Source: Gemmataceae bacterium
GTDB taxonomy: Bacteria; Planctomycetota; Planctomycetia; Gemmatales; Gemmataceae
DNA length: 64,000 bases
Direction of reading: 5' to 3'
NCBI GenBank assembly: GCA_019636445.1
Contig: JAHBXO010000011.1
Location: 39,997 to 103,996, forward strand
The notes under the pieces were generated by a model. It did no database searches. It was not told the DNA's origin and saw nothing but the letters and a program-made list of their open reading frames with translations. Of this stretch, positions 41,528-51,321 are shown piece after piece; positions within the stretch are counted from its first letter, which is position 1; every line of letters begins with the position of its first letter. The position numbers and the translations under genes were made by a program.

Positions 41528-42568
41528 TTACGTCGATTCCGACGGCGGGGCGAGACCCGCATCGGCGTCGATCGTCCCCGTGTTGGATAATCCGTTCGCC
41601 AGTTGTTCCGCGAAATACGGTGCCTGAAGCGAACCCTTCGATCCAAGGCCATTGAACAACGCTAGCGAATTCCATCGCGGATGCCGGCCGATGGTCGGTT
41701 TGCGATCGTCCAGGATCGGCCGGACGCCGGCGACGTGATCGACCACTTCGAACGGCACCTGCAGGAATTCCCGCAATCGCGTTTCGATCTCGGCGCGTCC
41801 GGCGGCGGTCGGCGTGGTGTCGAGACGGTTGCGGTCGTACGTCGAACCGGCCCGATAGATATCACCCGATTCGCGGACGATCCAGACGCCCCGGTTGACA
41901 ATACGATCTTCATTCAATCCGGGAATGCGCAGCATCAGCATCTCGCCCTTCGCCGGCGCGAACGGCAGCGGATCGAAGAGCGGATTCGCCCGCCCCGCCG
42001 CCCCCTGGCAGAAGACCGCGACGCGATACGCTTCGTTCCACTCCGGCACGCGCAGATGGTCCGAGCCGACTGCAAGCGTCGTCGGATCGATCCGAGCGAC
42101 CCGAACCCGCTCGCCGAAGAACGCGTGCGAGGCGCGCAGGTATTCGGCAACGTGGAGCTGCCGCGCGTCCGGCAACTCGAACCCGCCGAGCGGAGCCGCG
42201 AACCGCGATTTATCGAGATGGAGAGCGCCCGTTGTCACGCCGAAGGTCCCGGCCTTGCGTGTGAAGCGATCCCGTTCGAGTTCGTTCTGGAACAGACGCA
42301 CCATCGGCCGGCGTACGAAGAGCGAGCGATTCAATTCCACTTCCACTTTCGTGTAGAAACGCTCGGCCGCGGCGAGGAAGGTTGCGTAGTTCCACGAGAG
42401 CGCGAGCCGCTGGCCGGTGATCGGGTTCACGAAGCCCGCCGCGACGCGGGATGCCGAAGATGGATCGCCGGAATCGACCAGCACGAATGGCTGCCCGCGG
42501 AAATGCAGCGTCCACGCGAGTGTCGTGCCGGCGAGGCCGCCGCCGACGATCAGCACCGGGGCGCTCAC
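41528..42568 (-). CDS. FAD-dependent oxidoreductase, DAO/glycine oxidase/MnmC1-like
   Basis: IVGGGLAG, SASRVAAG, AKGEML, GSTY, AGVRP, FNGLGSKGSL; GTGA overlap with the upstream gene. Confidence 0.85.
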   Translation of the reverse strand: MSAPVLIVGGGLAGTTLAWTLHFRGQPFVLVDSGDPSSASRVAAGFVNPITGQRLALSWNYATFLAAAERFYTKVEVELNRSLFVRRPMVRLFQNELERDRFTRKAGTFGVTTGALHLDKSRFAAPLGGFELPDARQLHVAEYLRASHAFFGERVRVARIDPTTLAVGSDHLRVPEWNEAYRVAVFCQGAAGRANPLFDPLPFAPAKGEMLMLRIPGLNEDRIVNRGVWIVRESGDIYRAGSTYDRNRLDTTPTAAGRAEIETRLREFLQVPFEVVDHVAGVRPILDDRKPTIGRHPRWNSLALFNGLGSKGSLQAPYFAEQLANGLSNTGTIDADAGLAPPSEST

Positions 42569-45500
42569 CGGCCCACCGGCCGCGTATTCCAGGTCCGGTC
42601 GTATTCGTCCTGGCCGTTCGGCGCCTTCGACCGGTCCCGTGCGCCGTCGGGGTAGCTCGCCATCGCGCGGAACGGCAGCGGGTGGATATCGCCCGTCGTC
42701 GCCGTGAAAGGGGCCGAGTCCTTGCAGTAGCCATGTGAGCGCAGGACGAACGAGCGGACGGTTCCGTTCGGTGGCGGGGGAAGCGTCGCGTCGAATTCGA
42801 CTTCGACCTCGTCGCCGGGGCCGAGGATGGCGAAATGGTCGTCGGTCGTTGTCAGCAATTTGGTCACGTCGCCGAGCTTCGTGAGCTTGCCGCGCCACTT
42901 CGTGTAGGCGACGCGCTCGAGCGTGGCGTCGTCGTACGCGGCCGGGCCGGAGCCGCGGCGAATCTCCTTCGCGAAGCCCCGACGCGCGAGGGTCGCCTTC
43001 GCGACCACCATCTTCTGGAAATTCGGCTCGCCCGACTCCGCGACGCCGAGGCGGATCTGATCCCAGAAGACGTGCATGTTCGTCCGGATGCGGAGCTTCA
43101 ACCGCTTGGAGCCCGCCAGCCCCGTCACCGGCGAAGTCATCGTGCGCGGCAGGCCGGCGGGGAAGCCGATCTCGCCGACCGGTTGCCACGGGCCGTCGCC
43201 GACTTTCTTCTCCAGCGTCGGGGCCAGCGGCGTCACGCCCGCCTGCGTCGCGGCGAAGAGCGTCTCCGGATAGGCGTAGTCGGTCCAGCCGGAGAGCACG
43301 AGGAACAGGTTCGAATCCTTCGGAATGGTTTCGAGTTGATCGCCGAAATTGAGTTCGACCGTGTGCTCCTCCGCGAGTCCGAGCCAGAGCCGGCGGGCAA
43401 ACGTATCCACGAATTGTCCATCCCGTTCCTTCAATGTCGCCGTCACGTCGCGGCCGCGATGGTCTCTCGCACTCGCCGGAGAGTACCAGGAGCGGAACGC
43501 CAGCAGCTTCTGCGTCGGCGGCGATGCCCCGGCCGCGAACCGTTCGTCCGGATACACCTCCACGCCGGCCGGGTGATCGACCGCGTCCAGCCGCAGCGAA
43601 TCGAGATAGAGGATCTCGTTCATCGGCTCAGCAAGTTTGAGCCGATATTTCCCGTCCTTCGGCTTCAACTGGTCGGCCTCGATCTTCACGCTCTCCTCGG
43701 GTCGCGGGGGCCGCGTGCCGCCGGTGGCGTTCAGCTCGCCCATCGTCCCCTCGCCGAGCAGGTCGGTCACGTAGCGGTACTTCTCGCCGTCCCACGTGAA
43801 GAGCACCGGACACGAATCGGGCCGGCGGTCGGTCTCGCGCACGAGGCGCAGTTCGCACGTCGGCAGGTTCACCTCAGCCTGCGGGATCATGTCGGGCCAG
43901 GCGATCCGGAGCGCATCCGCGGAATTGTTCGGACCGACGCCGAAGTCGAGCGGCACGAGCGACTGCCCGAGGCCGGCGGAGCGCGTGGTGTTCTCGATGA
44001 GGGTCGAACGGGTACCGGCGAGCATGGTCGCCTTCGCGCCGAAGCCATCGCGGTTCGTGCGCGCGACCTGCGCCTGGCGCACGCCGGTGAGCTGGACTTT
44101 CAGCCCCTTGTTCCCGTTGCCGGCGTTGCGGAGGAACTTCAAGCCGTCCGGTGCCCAGCCGATCACGTCGTTGTCGCAGTCGCCGTCGAAGTCCCCGGCC
44201 GCGACGGCGATCAGGTCGGCGAGGTCGCCGAACGGATTGGCAGCCGTCTTCAAAGATCCCTCGCCGCGCACGAGGACCGGCTTGCGATCCGCCGACAGTC
44301 CGACGATGTCGGTGCGGCCGTCGTGGTCGAGGTCGATCGCCTGCGCTTGCAGGAGAATCGGCAGATCGGCGACGAGAGTCTTGAATCGCCCCTTCGTGTC
44401 GGTGCCGACGCGGTCGTCGGTCGTCACGAACGCGAGCGTCTTCTCCGGTGAGATCAGGACGAGATCGGATTGCCCGTCGGCGTTGACGTCGATCGTCGTT
44501 CCGCCTGTCCAGAACGCGCGTTCATCGACTATCTCCGAACCGCGACGGAACCGGAGCAGGCGATCGTTCAAAATCACGACGGGTGGCTTGCCGTCTTCGA
44601 GCGCGATGATGTCCACATCGCCGTCGGCATCGACATCGGTTAGGAGGAATCCATCGACCCGACCAGCCACGGTGAAGGCCGGATGCTCGAACGGCTGGAA
44701 CTTGGCGGAAAGGGGCTTCGCCTCACCCGGCGGGCCGGGCGGGGCTTCGCCGACGTTGAGGAAAACGAGAACGCCGCCCTGTTGCTTGACGAGCAACAAA
44801 TCCAGGTCGCCGTCCTGATCGATGTCGATCCACGCGGCCGACAGGAACGAACCGGCGGCCTTGTCCAACCCGGCGTCCTTCGTCACGTCCGCGAACTTCC
44901 CGTCGACGTTACGAAGCAACCTCACGCCGGTCGGGGACGTCAGCGCGAGGTCGGGTGTGCCGGAGTTGTCGAAGTCGGCGACGGCGCAGCCGTGGCTCGC
45001 ATGCCCGGCAAGTCCGGCATCGGTCGATACGTCCGTGAACGATCCGCCGTCGTTGCGGAGCAGAAGGTCGCCACGCTTTCCGTCGCGAATCACGGCGAAG
45101 AGCAGCAGCAGGTCGAGCTTGCCGTCGCCGTTGTAATCGAGGCGGACCATCGTGCCGCCGAACCGCTCGCGCACGGCCTTCGCGTCGCCATCCACGGTCG
45201 CGGCCCATTTCGTGTTCGTGGCGAGTTTGACGGCGAGTTCGGCCGGTTCGAACTTCGGCAGCGGGGAAAGGCCCGGCGGCGGGAGTATCGCGCCGATCGG
45301 CGCGCCGTAGCGGCCGAGCTTCGTCGGCTTCACTTCCGCGTTCCTCGCCCAGAGGCCGGCCTTCAGCGCGTCGTTCTCGGCATGCAGCTTCTTCCGCGTC
45401 TCCGGGTCGTCTGTGAGGCTGTGGTTCGCAATGCTGAAGCGTGCCGACGTAAGGTACGGGTCGAGCGCCACGGCCTTCTCGAAGAACTCCTTCGCCTGCG

Positions 45501-46026
45501 GGGAGTCGGCCGAGTCCGATGTGGTCATCGCGCGGAAGTACCAGGCGTAGGCATCTTGCGGGTCGACCTCCGTCACCTTCGCGAAGTGCGGGTTCGCGAG
45601 GTCCGGCTCGGCGCGGTAGTGATGAATGATGCCGAGGCCGAACTGCGCGTGGGCGTTCCCCGGCTCGGCGGTTGCAATCTCGCTGAAGAGCGCTTTCGCC
45701 TTGTCGATCTTCGGGTCCTCGGCCGTGTAGAGCAGGGCGAGCGCGAGGTGGATCTTCGCGGTTGTCCAGTTCGGCGCGAGTCGCAGGGCTTCGGTGAATT
45801 CCTTCCGGGCCTTCTCGTAGCCGGTCTCGCCGTCGTCCTGTTTCGTGTCGAACTGTTCGAGATACCCGACACCACGCGCGTTCGCGGCGGCGGCGGCTTC
45901 CGGGACATTTCCGGCCGTGTCTTTCCGATTGTTGAGCAACCAGATGCCCGCACCGATCAGGGCCAGCGCCAGAAGAACTGAAATCGCGATCCCGGCTCGT
46001 GATTTTTTCGGAGCAGCGTCGGCCAT
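42565..46026 (-). CDS. Membrane-anchored TPR plus FG-GAP/VCBS plus ASPIC/UnbV protein with unknown C-terminal domain
   Basis: N-terminal TM, TPRs (ALRLAPNW, AQFGLG, AWYFRA), DYNGDG/DIDQDGD/DLDHDG repeats, TNRDGFGAK...LDFGVG, then CPVLFTWDGEKYRYVTDLLG. Confidence 0.8.
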   Translation of the reverse strand: MADAAPKKSRAGIAISVLLALALIGAGIWLLNNRKDTAGNVPEAAAAANARGVGYLEQFDTKQDDGETGYEKARKEFTEALRLAPNWTTAKIHLALALLYTAEDPKIDKAKALFSEIATAEPGNAHAQFGLGIIHHYRAEPDLANPHFAKVTEVDPQDAYAWYFRAMTTSDSADSPQAKEFFEKAVALDPYLTSARFSIANHSLTDDPETRKKLHAENDALKAGLWARNAEVKPTKLGRYGAPIGAILPPPGLSPLPKFEPAELAVKLATNTKWAATVDGDAKAVRERFGGTMVRLDYNGDGKLDLLLLFAVIRDGKRGDLLLRNDGGSFTDVSTDAGLAGHASHGCAVADFDNSGTPDLALTSPTGVRLLRNVDGKFADVTKDAGLDKAAGSFLSAAWIDIDQDGDLDLLLVKQQGGVLVFLNVGEAPPGPPGEAKPLSAKFQPFEHPAFTVAGRVDGFLLTDVDADGDVDIIALEDGKPPVVILNDRLLRFRRGSEIVDERAFWTGGTTIDVNADGQSDLVLISPEKTLAFVTTDDRVGTDTKGRFKTLVADLPILLQAQAIDLDHDGRTDIVGLSADRKPVLVRGEGSLKTAANPFGDLADLIAVAAGDFDGDCDNDVIGWAPDGLKFLRNAGNGNKGLKVQLTGVRQAQVARTNRDGFGAKATMLAGTRSTLIENTTRSAGLGQSLVPLDFGVGPNNSADALRIAWPDMIPQAEVNLPTCELRLVRETDRRPDSCPVLFTWDGEKYRYVTDLLGEGTMGELNATGGTRPPRPEESVKIEADQLKPKDGKYRLKLAEPMNEILYLDSLRLDAVDHPAGVEVYPDERFAAGASPPTQKLLAFRSWYSPASARDHRGRDVTATLKERDGQFVDTFARRLWLGLAEEHTVELNFGDQLETIPKDSNLFLVLSGWTDYAYPETLFAATQAGVTPLAPTLEKKVGDGPWQPVGEIGFPAGLPRTMTSPVTGLAGSKRLKLRIRTNMHVFWDQIRLGVAESGEPNFQKMVVAKATLARRGFAKEIRRGSGPAAYDDATLERVAYTKWRGKLTKLGDVTKLLTTTDDHFAILGPGDEVEVEFDATLPPPPNGTVRSFVLRSHGYCKDSAPFTATTGDIHPLPFRAMASYPDGARDRSKAPNGQDEYDRTWNTRPVGR

Positions 46027-46029
46027 CGA

Positions 46030-47913
46030 TTACTTCGAAGCCGGCGTCGCGGCCGGTTCGCCTTGCTTGAGGAGATAGGTCTTGCCCGCCGCCAGGTCGG
46101 TCCAGTCCTGCGTGCCGCCGTCCTTGCCGGGCCAGCGCACCGTCAGCTTGTCGATCTTCGCAGAGGTTCCCAATCCAACCGTGACGGTCGATTCGCTCTG
46201 GCTCAGGTAGCCGCGGGCACCGGCCACCTCGCGCTTCAGCGTCTTCCCGTCCACCACGATCGTCAGCTCGGCGCCGATCGCGGAGCGGTTCGCCTTCACG
46301 CCTTCCAACTGAAGGCGGACGAAGTTCTGACCGAGTTTCTGATCGTTCCGCAACAGCCGCGCCTCGCCGCCGTTGCCGACGAGAACGATGTCGAGGTCGC
46401 CGTCGCCGTCGTAATCGAGGTAGGCGCAGCCACGGCCGACGAGCGGCTTCACGAGGTCCGGCCCGCATTTCTCGGGCGGCACGAGTTCGTACACGGTCTT
46501 TTCGTCGGCCGTGTTCCAGTAAAGCTGCGCCGCCTGCTCGTACGCCTGCCCGCCCTGGATCTTCGCGATCTCCGGTTCGATGTGCCCGTTCGCGACGAAG
46601 AGGTCCAGTCGGCCGTCGAGGTCGGCGTCGAAGGCGAAGGCGCCGAACTTCAGCGGCTTGCGGCTCGGCGCCACGAGGCCGACGGCGAGCGTGGTGTCGG
46701 TGAAGCGCACCTTGCCGTCGCGCGTCGTGCGGTTCAGGAACGTCGCCGGTTCGTCGGCGAAGTTGGCGACGAGGATGGCGGACTTGCCGGGGCGGTACTC
46801 GAACCAGTCGATGCCCATGCCGCCGCGGGCCTTGCCTTCGTCCGGGTAGGCGGCGCCGGCATCGACGCCGATTTCCTGGAACATGCGCGTGCCGTTCGGC
46901 CCGGGCTGGTTGTGGAAGAAGAAGTTCCGCACCGTGTCGTTGGCGACGACGATGTCGGGCCAGCCGTCGCCGTCGGCGTCGCAGGCGCAGACGCCGAGCG
47001 ATTTGCCGACGTTGCGGAGGCGGTCGCCGCGGCCGATGCCTTCCGCTTCGCGTACTTCGATGCCGGCCTTCGCACTGACGTCTTCGAACTTCGTGCCGTC
47101 GACGTTGCGGAAGAGCCAGCACTGGCTGCCGTTGTACTCCTTCGGCTGCGCGAACGAGCGGCCGACGCCGGTGGCCGTGCTGCTGATGGCGAGGTCCACG
47201 GCCGGGGACCACGAAACGTACGACGTGACGAAGAGGTCCAGTTTGCCGTCGCCGTCGTAGTCGAGGAACGTCGCGGACGCGCCGACGGGGATTGGTTTGT
47301 CGAGTTTGAGGAACTCGTCCCACGTGGCTTTCGGCCAGTCGCCGGAACCGCCGACGCCGGCGGTGTCGGTGATGTCCTTGAACGCCTTGCCGGCTTCGTT
47401 GTGGAAGAGGTGGTGCCGGCCGACGCAGCTCACGAAGAGGTCCGGGTAGCCGTCGTTGTCGATGTCGCCGACGGCCGCGCCCATGCCGTACATCGGCTTC
47501 GTGAAGCCGTGCTTCGCGGAGACATCCTCGAAGGTGCCGTCGCCCTTGTTGCGATAGAGCTTCGGCAGCGCGTTCGGGTTGTCGGCCTCGCGGCCGGGCC
47601 ACGGGCAGGAGTTCACGAAGAAGAGATCGGGCTTGCCGTCGCGATCGAAGTCGAGCACCGCGACGCCGCCGCCCATCGTTTCGGGGATGAGCTTCCTGCC
47701 GGCCATCCCGTTCTCGTGCCGGAACGCGATGCCTGCCGCCTTCGTCACGTCCGTGAAGCGGAGTTCGGGCACGTCGATCTTCGCCCGCGCCTTCGTCTCG
47801 TTCAGCTCAGGATCCTTGTGGGCTGGCAGGGGTTTCCCGAAATAGACATAGGCGAAAAAACCGCCGACTCCGAGCAGGAGCACGATGGCAATGATCGGCA
47901 AGGCACGTTGCAT
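46030..47913 (-). CDS. CRTAC1 family protein (FG-GAP repeats plus ASPIC/UnbV)
   Basis: FTDVT..AGI.F.H, ETMGGGVAVLDFDRDG, GMGAAVGD, NRSAIGA, GYLSQS...VGLG. Confidence 0.9.
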   Translation of the reverse strand: MQRALPIIAIVLLLGVGGFFAYVYFGKPLPAHKDPELNETKARAKIDVPELRFTDVTKAAGIAFRHENGMAGRKLIPETMGGGVAVLDFDRDGKPDLFFVNSCPWPGREADNPNALPKLYRNKGDGTFEDVSAKHGFTKPMYGMGAAVGDIDNDGYPDLFVSCVGRHHLFHNEAGKAFKDITDTAGVGGSGDWPKATWDEFLKLDKPIPVGASATFLDYDGDGKLDLFVTSYVSWSPAVDLAISSTATGVGRSFAQPKEYNGSQCWLFRNVDGTKFEDVSAKAGIEVREAEGIGRGDRLRNVGKSLGVCACDADGDGWPDIVVANDTVRNFFFHNQPGPNGTRMFQEIGVDAGAAYPDEGKARGGMGIDWFEYRPGKSAILVANFADEPATFLNRTTRDGKVRFTDTTLAVGLVAPSRKPLKFGAFAFDADLDGRLDLFVANGHIEPEIAKIQGGQAYEQAAQLYWNTADEKTVYELVPPEKCGPDLVKPLVGRGCAYLDYDGDGDLDIVLVGNGGEARLLRNDQKLGQNFVRLQLEGVKANRSAIGAELTIVVDGKTLKREVAGARGYLSQSESTVTVGLGTSAKIDKLTVRWPGKDGGTQDWTDLAAGKTYLLKQGEPAATPASK

Positions 47914-47957
47914 GGGGAGGGTCCGTTCTGTTCGAAGTAGACGGGGTCGATGGCGTT

Positions 47958-50900
47958 TTAGCGCCCGCCGCTCGTCGTGCCGTCGGTCAGTTCGCCGGTC
48001 TTGAGGATGCGCTGTTTCTGGTCGGTCGTCGTCGGGTAGATCACGCGATCGCGGGCGGCGTAGTTGGCGGCGGGGTTCTTCTGGCCGTAGATCTGCCGGG
48101 CGGTCGAGCGAGCGATCTCGTCCGGTTTGTAGATCAGGTGGAACTCGCGGTGCATCGCGGCGAGCACGGCCGCGACCGCCTCGCGAATCTCCGGATCCTT
48201 ATCGTCGAACGCCGGTCGCACGGTCTTGTACAGCGCCCGCATCGCCGGGATCTTCGGCGACTCCAGACTCGGCGGAAGCTTGCTCGCACCCGACAGCGCC
48301 AGCAGCAGCGCCCGCGCCGACGCGAACCGGCGCTCCTTCGGCGCTCCCGTCTCCGCCAGTTCCGCCGCCGCATAACTCGAATCGTGGATCGTCGGCGGTT
48401 TGTCCGTCTTCATGTCCGGCAGGTTCTTCTCGCTCGCCAGCGCGTCGAACGCTTGCCGGAGCTGGTCGTGCGCCTGCACATCCTCCTTGTCGAAGACCAG
48501 CACGCGCTCGGCCGAGCGGATGGATGCGGTAACGAACTGCCGCCATGCGTCGCTGCCTTCAGTCTCGAACTGCCGGCGTTTGAACTGCCGGTTCGCCAGC
48601 AGGTTCCAGATGACGTAATCCTTCTCGAAGTTGAACGACCGATCCTTTGGCGCGTTCTTCGGGTCGAGAATGCGCTCGAGGTCTTCGATGGCGCGGTCGA
48701 GGTCTTCGGGCTTCGTGGCGTTCTCACTATTGACGACGGCGCTCAGCCACGCGACGGTCCACCAGGGCGGGGCGGGCTGGGCCTTCTTGGCCAGTTCCAG
48801 TTCCTTCGCGGCTTCGTCCAGCCGTCCCTCGTCGATGTAGACGCGGGCCAGGTTCACGTGCCCCTGCCCAACGGCATCCGGCACGTCCAGCGTCGTCATC
48901 TTGCGGAACGCCGCTTCGGCCTGACGGAAGTGCCCGCGCTTGTTGCCGGGTCCGCCTTCGATCAGGTGCGCGATGCCGTAGTCGTTCCAGCGCTGCCAGC
49001 CGGCCTTGATCGGCGACACCTGCTCCGGCACCTTCTCCGCCACGCCCTTCACCGGCAGCGTCACCTTGTCCTCGCAGAGGTCCACCACCATGAGCTTCGG
49101 CATCGGCCGGCCGATCGCCTTCGACACGAAGTCCATGTATTCCTGATCGAACTTCCGGTACCGGACGCGCACGTGGAGTTCCACCGGGCCCGTCACGTCC
49201 TTCGGCACGTCCAGCCGGTAGCGCACGATCGCCGCGGCACCGGGCGGGATCTGCTTGTCGTAGAACGGCGTGAAGATGTCCTGCGGGTTCCGCCGGTTGA
49301 TGCGATTCCCGTTGCGGTCCAGCATGTGGACGTTGACGTAGTGCGCCCAGCGGTCCACCTCGCCGGAGTCATCCGGCCCGGCCATGCCCCCATTGCGGGC
49401 AATCTCCTTGCCTCCGGCCGTCGCGCGGAAGTCCACCCAGATCTCGTTCGAGTCCACCGTCCCCTGGCTGAAGTGGTGGCCGATCAGGAGGGCGCGCACG
49501 ATCGTTTCGATCGTGTAGGTCTGCCCCGGTTCGAGCACGGGCAAGGCCGGCCTCACGACCAGCAGTTTCTCCGCCTCCGTCGTCAGGCCCGCCTTCACAC
49601 CAAAGATGTCCACGCGCAGTACCTTGTCCTTCCCGCCGGGATCACGCCCCTTCAGGAAATCGACATGCTCCTGGATGGTCTTGTCGAAGCCCTCGGAGAG
49701 GTGCTTGTAGCGCGGGTCGTCCTTGAGTATCTGCATGAGACCGGTGTTCGAGCCGGGGAAGCGGTGGTTGTGGTTCTTCGGCTTGCCGGAACCGTCGAAG
49801 TTCTTCGCTCCGAAGTTCACCGAGAGATCGACGATCTCTTCCAGATTCATGTGGCATTCGGCGCAGCTCTGGAACGCCTTGGGCGGGTAATAGAAGCTGC
49901 GCGAGCCGTGGCCGGAGGCGCCGGAGAGCAGGAACGAATCGTGGTGGTTCTGCCCGCGGAGGAAGTCCTTGTAGTGGTTCAGTTCGATCGGCAGCGAGAC
50001 CTTGTGGCAGGTCGAGCAGAACTCCGTCGTGCGATGGAAATCCTTGAGGAAGGTCTTCTTGTGCACGTCGGGCTTCGCCTTGATCATCTGATTGCTGAGG
50101 CTGCGGAGCGATGCGTTCTCGCTGAAGGCGAAGGGGTAGTGGGCCGGAGACTCGATGGTGTAGGCACCGTTACCGGTCGTGTCGTGGACGTGCGTGATGG
50201 AGTGGCAGGCGACGCAGGTGATGCCGGCGTGCGCCGTCGGGTGCTTCTCCATGTCGAACTTCGGATCGTCGAAGGCGCCGCTGAAAAACGGGACGGGGTC
50301 GTGGCAGCCGGCGCACCAGCGACTGGCCTGCACGGTGCCGTCGCGGCGTTCGGAGTACTCGCGCGTCTCCTTCACGCTGGCGAGGTACGCCGGGTTGTTG
50401 AACGAGCTGAACTTGTGCGCGGAGTGCAAGTGGTCGTCGTAGATTTCCTTGTGGCACTGCATGCAATAGGTGTCACTCATCAGCGATTCGGCCGGAATGA
50501 ACTTGCCATCGGCCGTGCGCGACGACGACGGATGGAAGTATTTTTCCCCTTCCTTGGGTCCTTCGGTGAACCAGGTGTGCGGGGCGAGGCTGTGCAGTGC
50601 GAGCATGCCGCCGACGAAGGCGACGACGCCGAGCGCCCAGAGCTTGGCGAAGCGCCAGCGGATGGCGGGGCCCTTGCGCCGGTGCGCGACGTAGACGAAG
50701 ACGGAGGCGACGGGGAGGACGACATGCAGCCAATAGACGGTGCTGCGGGAGATCGTGCCGGTCGGCAGTTGTGGGAGTCCGTCGATCTGGAAGAGCGCCA
50801 GACCCGTCACGCCGATCAGGAGACCGATGGCGAAGAGCCAAAGTCCCCGATTGATGGCGGCCTTGTTCGAGAGCTTGCTCCCTTTGCGATAATGCCAAAG

Positions 50901-51185
50901 CCCGAAGATGACGAAGGGGACCATGACAGCGATGCCGACGGCGCCGTGCGCGAGGAACATCCAGAGCGTGAACGTGGTGCTGTAGGTGATACCGCGGGCG
51001 CGGTTGATCCAGTCGAAGAGGCTGACGGCGCCGAGGTACGCGCCGCTCGCGCCGAGGATCGCCACGGACGAGAAGACGAGGAACAGCAACACCCACAGGG
51101 TGGAGTTGAGCGTCTCGGGGGGAACCCACTTCTTGCGGGGCGGCCGCGGGACCGGCTGAGCCGGAACGGGATCGGGAGAGTTCAT
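47958..51185 (-). CDS. Membrane-anchored pentaheme c-type cytochrome (c-554-like) with C-terminal TPR region
   Basis: Five CxxCH (CMQCH, CAGCH, CVACH, CSTCH, CAECH); about 5 N-terminal TM helices with His residues; C-terminal TPR/HEAT-like helices. Confidence 0.88.
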   Translation of the reverse strand: MNSPDPVPAQPVPRPPRKKWVPPETLNSTLWVLLFLVFSSVAILGASGAYLGAVSLFDWINRARGITYSTTFTLWMFLAHGAVGIAVMVPFVIFGLWHYRKGSKLSNKAAINRGLWLFAIGLLIGVTGLALFQIDGLPQLPTGTISRSTVYWLHVVLPVASVFVYVAHRRKGPAIRWRFAKLWALGVVAFVGGMLALHSLAPHTWFTEGPKEGEKYFHPSSSRTADGKFIPAESLMSDTYCMQCHKEIYDDHLHSAHKFSSFNNPAYLASVKETREYSERRDGTVQASRWCAGCHDPVPFFSGAFDDPKFDMEKHPTAHAGITCVACHSITHVHDTTGNGAYTIESPAHYPFAFSENASLRSLSNQMIKAKPDVHKKTFLKDFHRTTEFCSTCHKVSLPIELNHYKDFLRGQNHHDSFLLSGASGHGSRSFYYPPKAFQSCAECHMNLEEIVDLSVNFGAKNFDGSGKPKNHNHRFPGSNTGLMQILKDDPRYKHLSEGFDKTIQEHVDFLKGRDPGGKDKVLRVDIFGVKAGLTTEAEKLLVVRPALPVLEPGQTYTIETIVRALLIGHHFSQGTVDSNEIWVDFRATAGGKEIARNGGMAGPDDSGEVDRWAHYVNVHMLDRNGNRINRRNPQDIFTPFYDKQIPPGAAAIVRYRLDVPKDVTGPVELHVRVRYRKFDQEYMDFVSKAIGRPMPKLMVVDLCEDKVTLPVKGVAEKVPEQVSPIKAGWQRWNDYGIAHLIEGGPGNKRGHFRQAEAAFRKMTTLDVPDAVGQGHVNLARVYIDEGRLDEAAKELELAKKAQPAPPWWTVAWLSAVVNSENATKPEDLDRAIEDLERILDPKNAPKDRSFNFEKDYVIWNLLANRQFKRRQFETEGSDAWRQFVTASIRSAERVLVFDKEDVQAHDQLRQAFDALASEKNLPDMKTDKPPTIHDSSYAAAELAETGAPKERRFASARALLLALSGASKLPPSLESPKIPAMRALYKTVRPAFDDKDPEIREAVAAVLAAMHREFHLIYKPDEIARSTARQIYGQKNPAANYAARDRVIYPTTTDQKQRILKTGELTDGTTSGGR

Positions 51186-51321
51186 GGGATCGGATCCGTT
51201 CGGTATGTGAAAGGGAATCCAACCGACGGGATAACCAAACGCCGGAACGGACCGCCCAGCGGGCGTTCGCCAGCAATTATGATAGTTTGGCTTCCAAGTT
51301 CGGCCGGCGCGCACGGGGCCA

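Noticed and set aside
42569-43189. Extension of the 553-aa oxidoreductase ORF
   Set aside because: It overlaps the 1153-aa gene; the FAD motif follows GTG 42568 directly.
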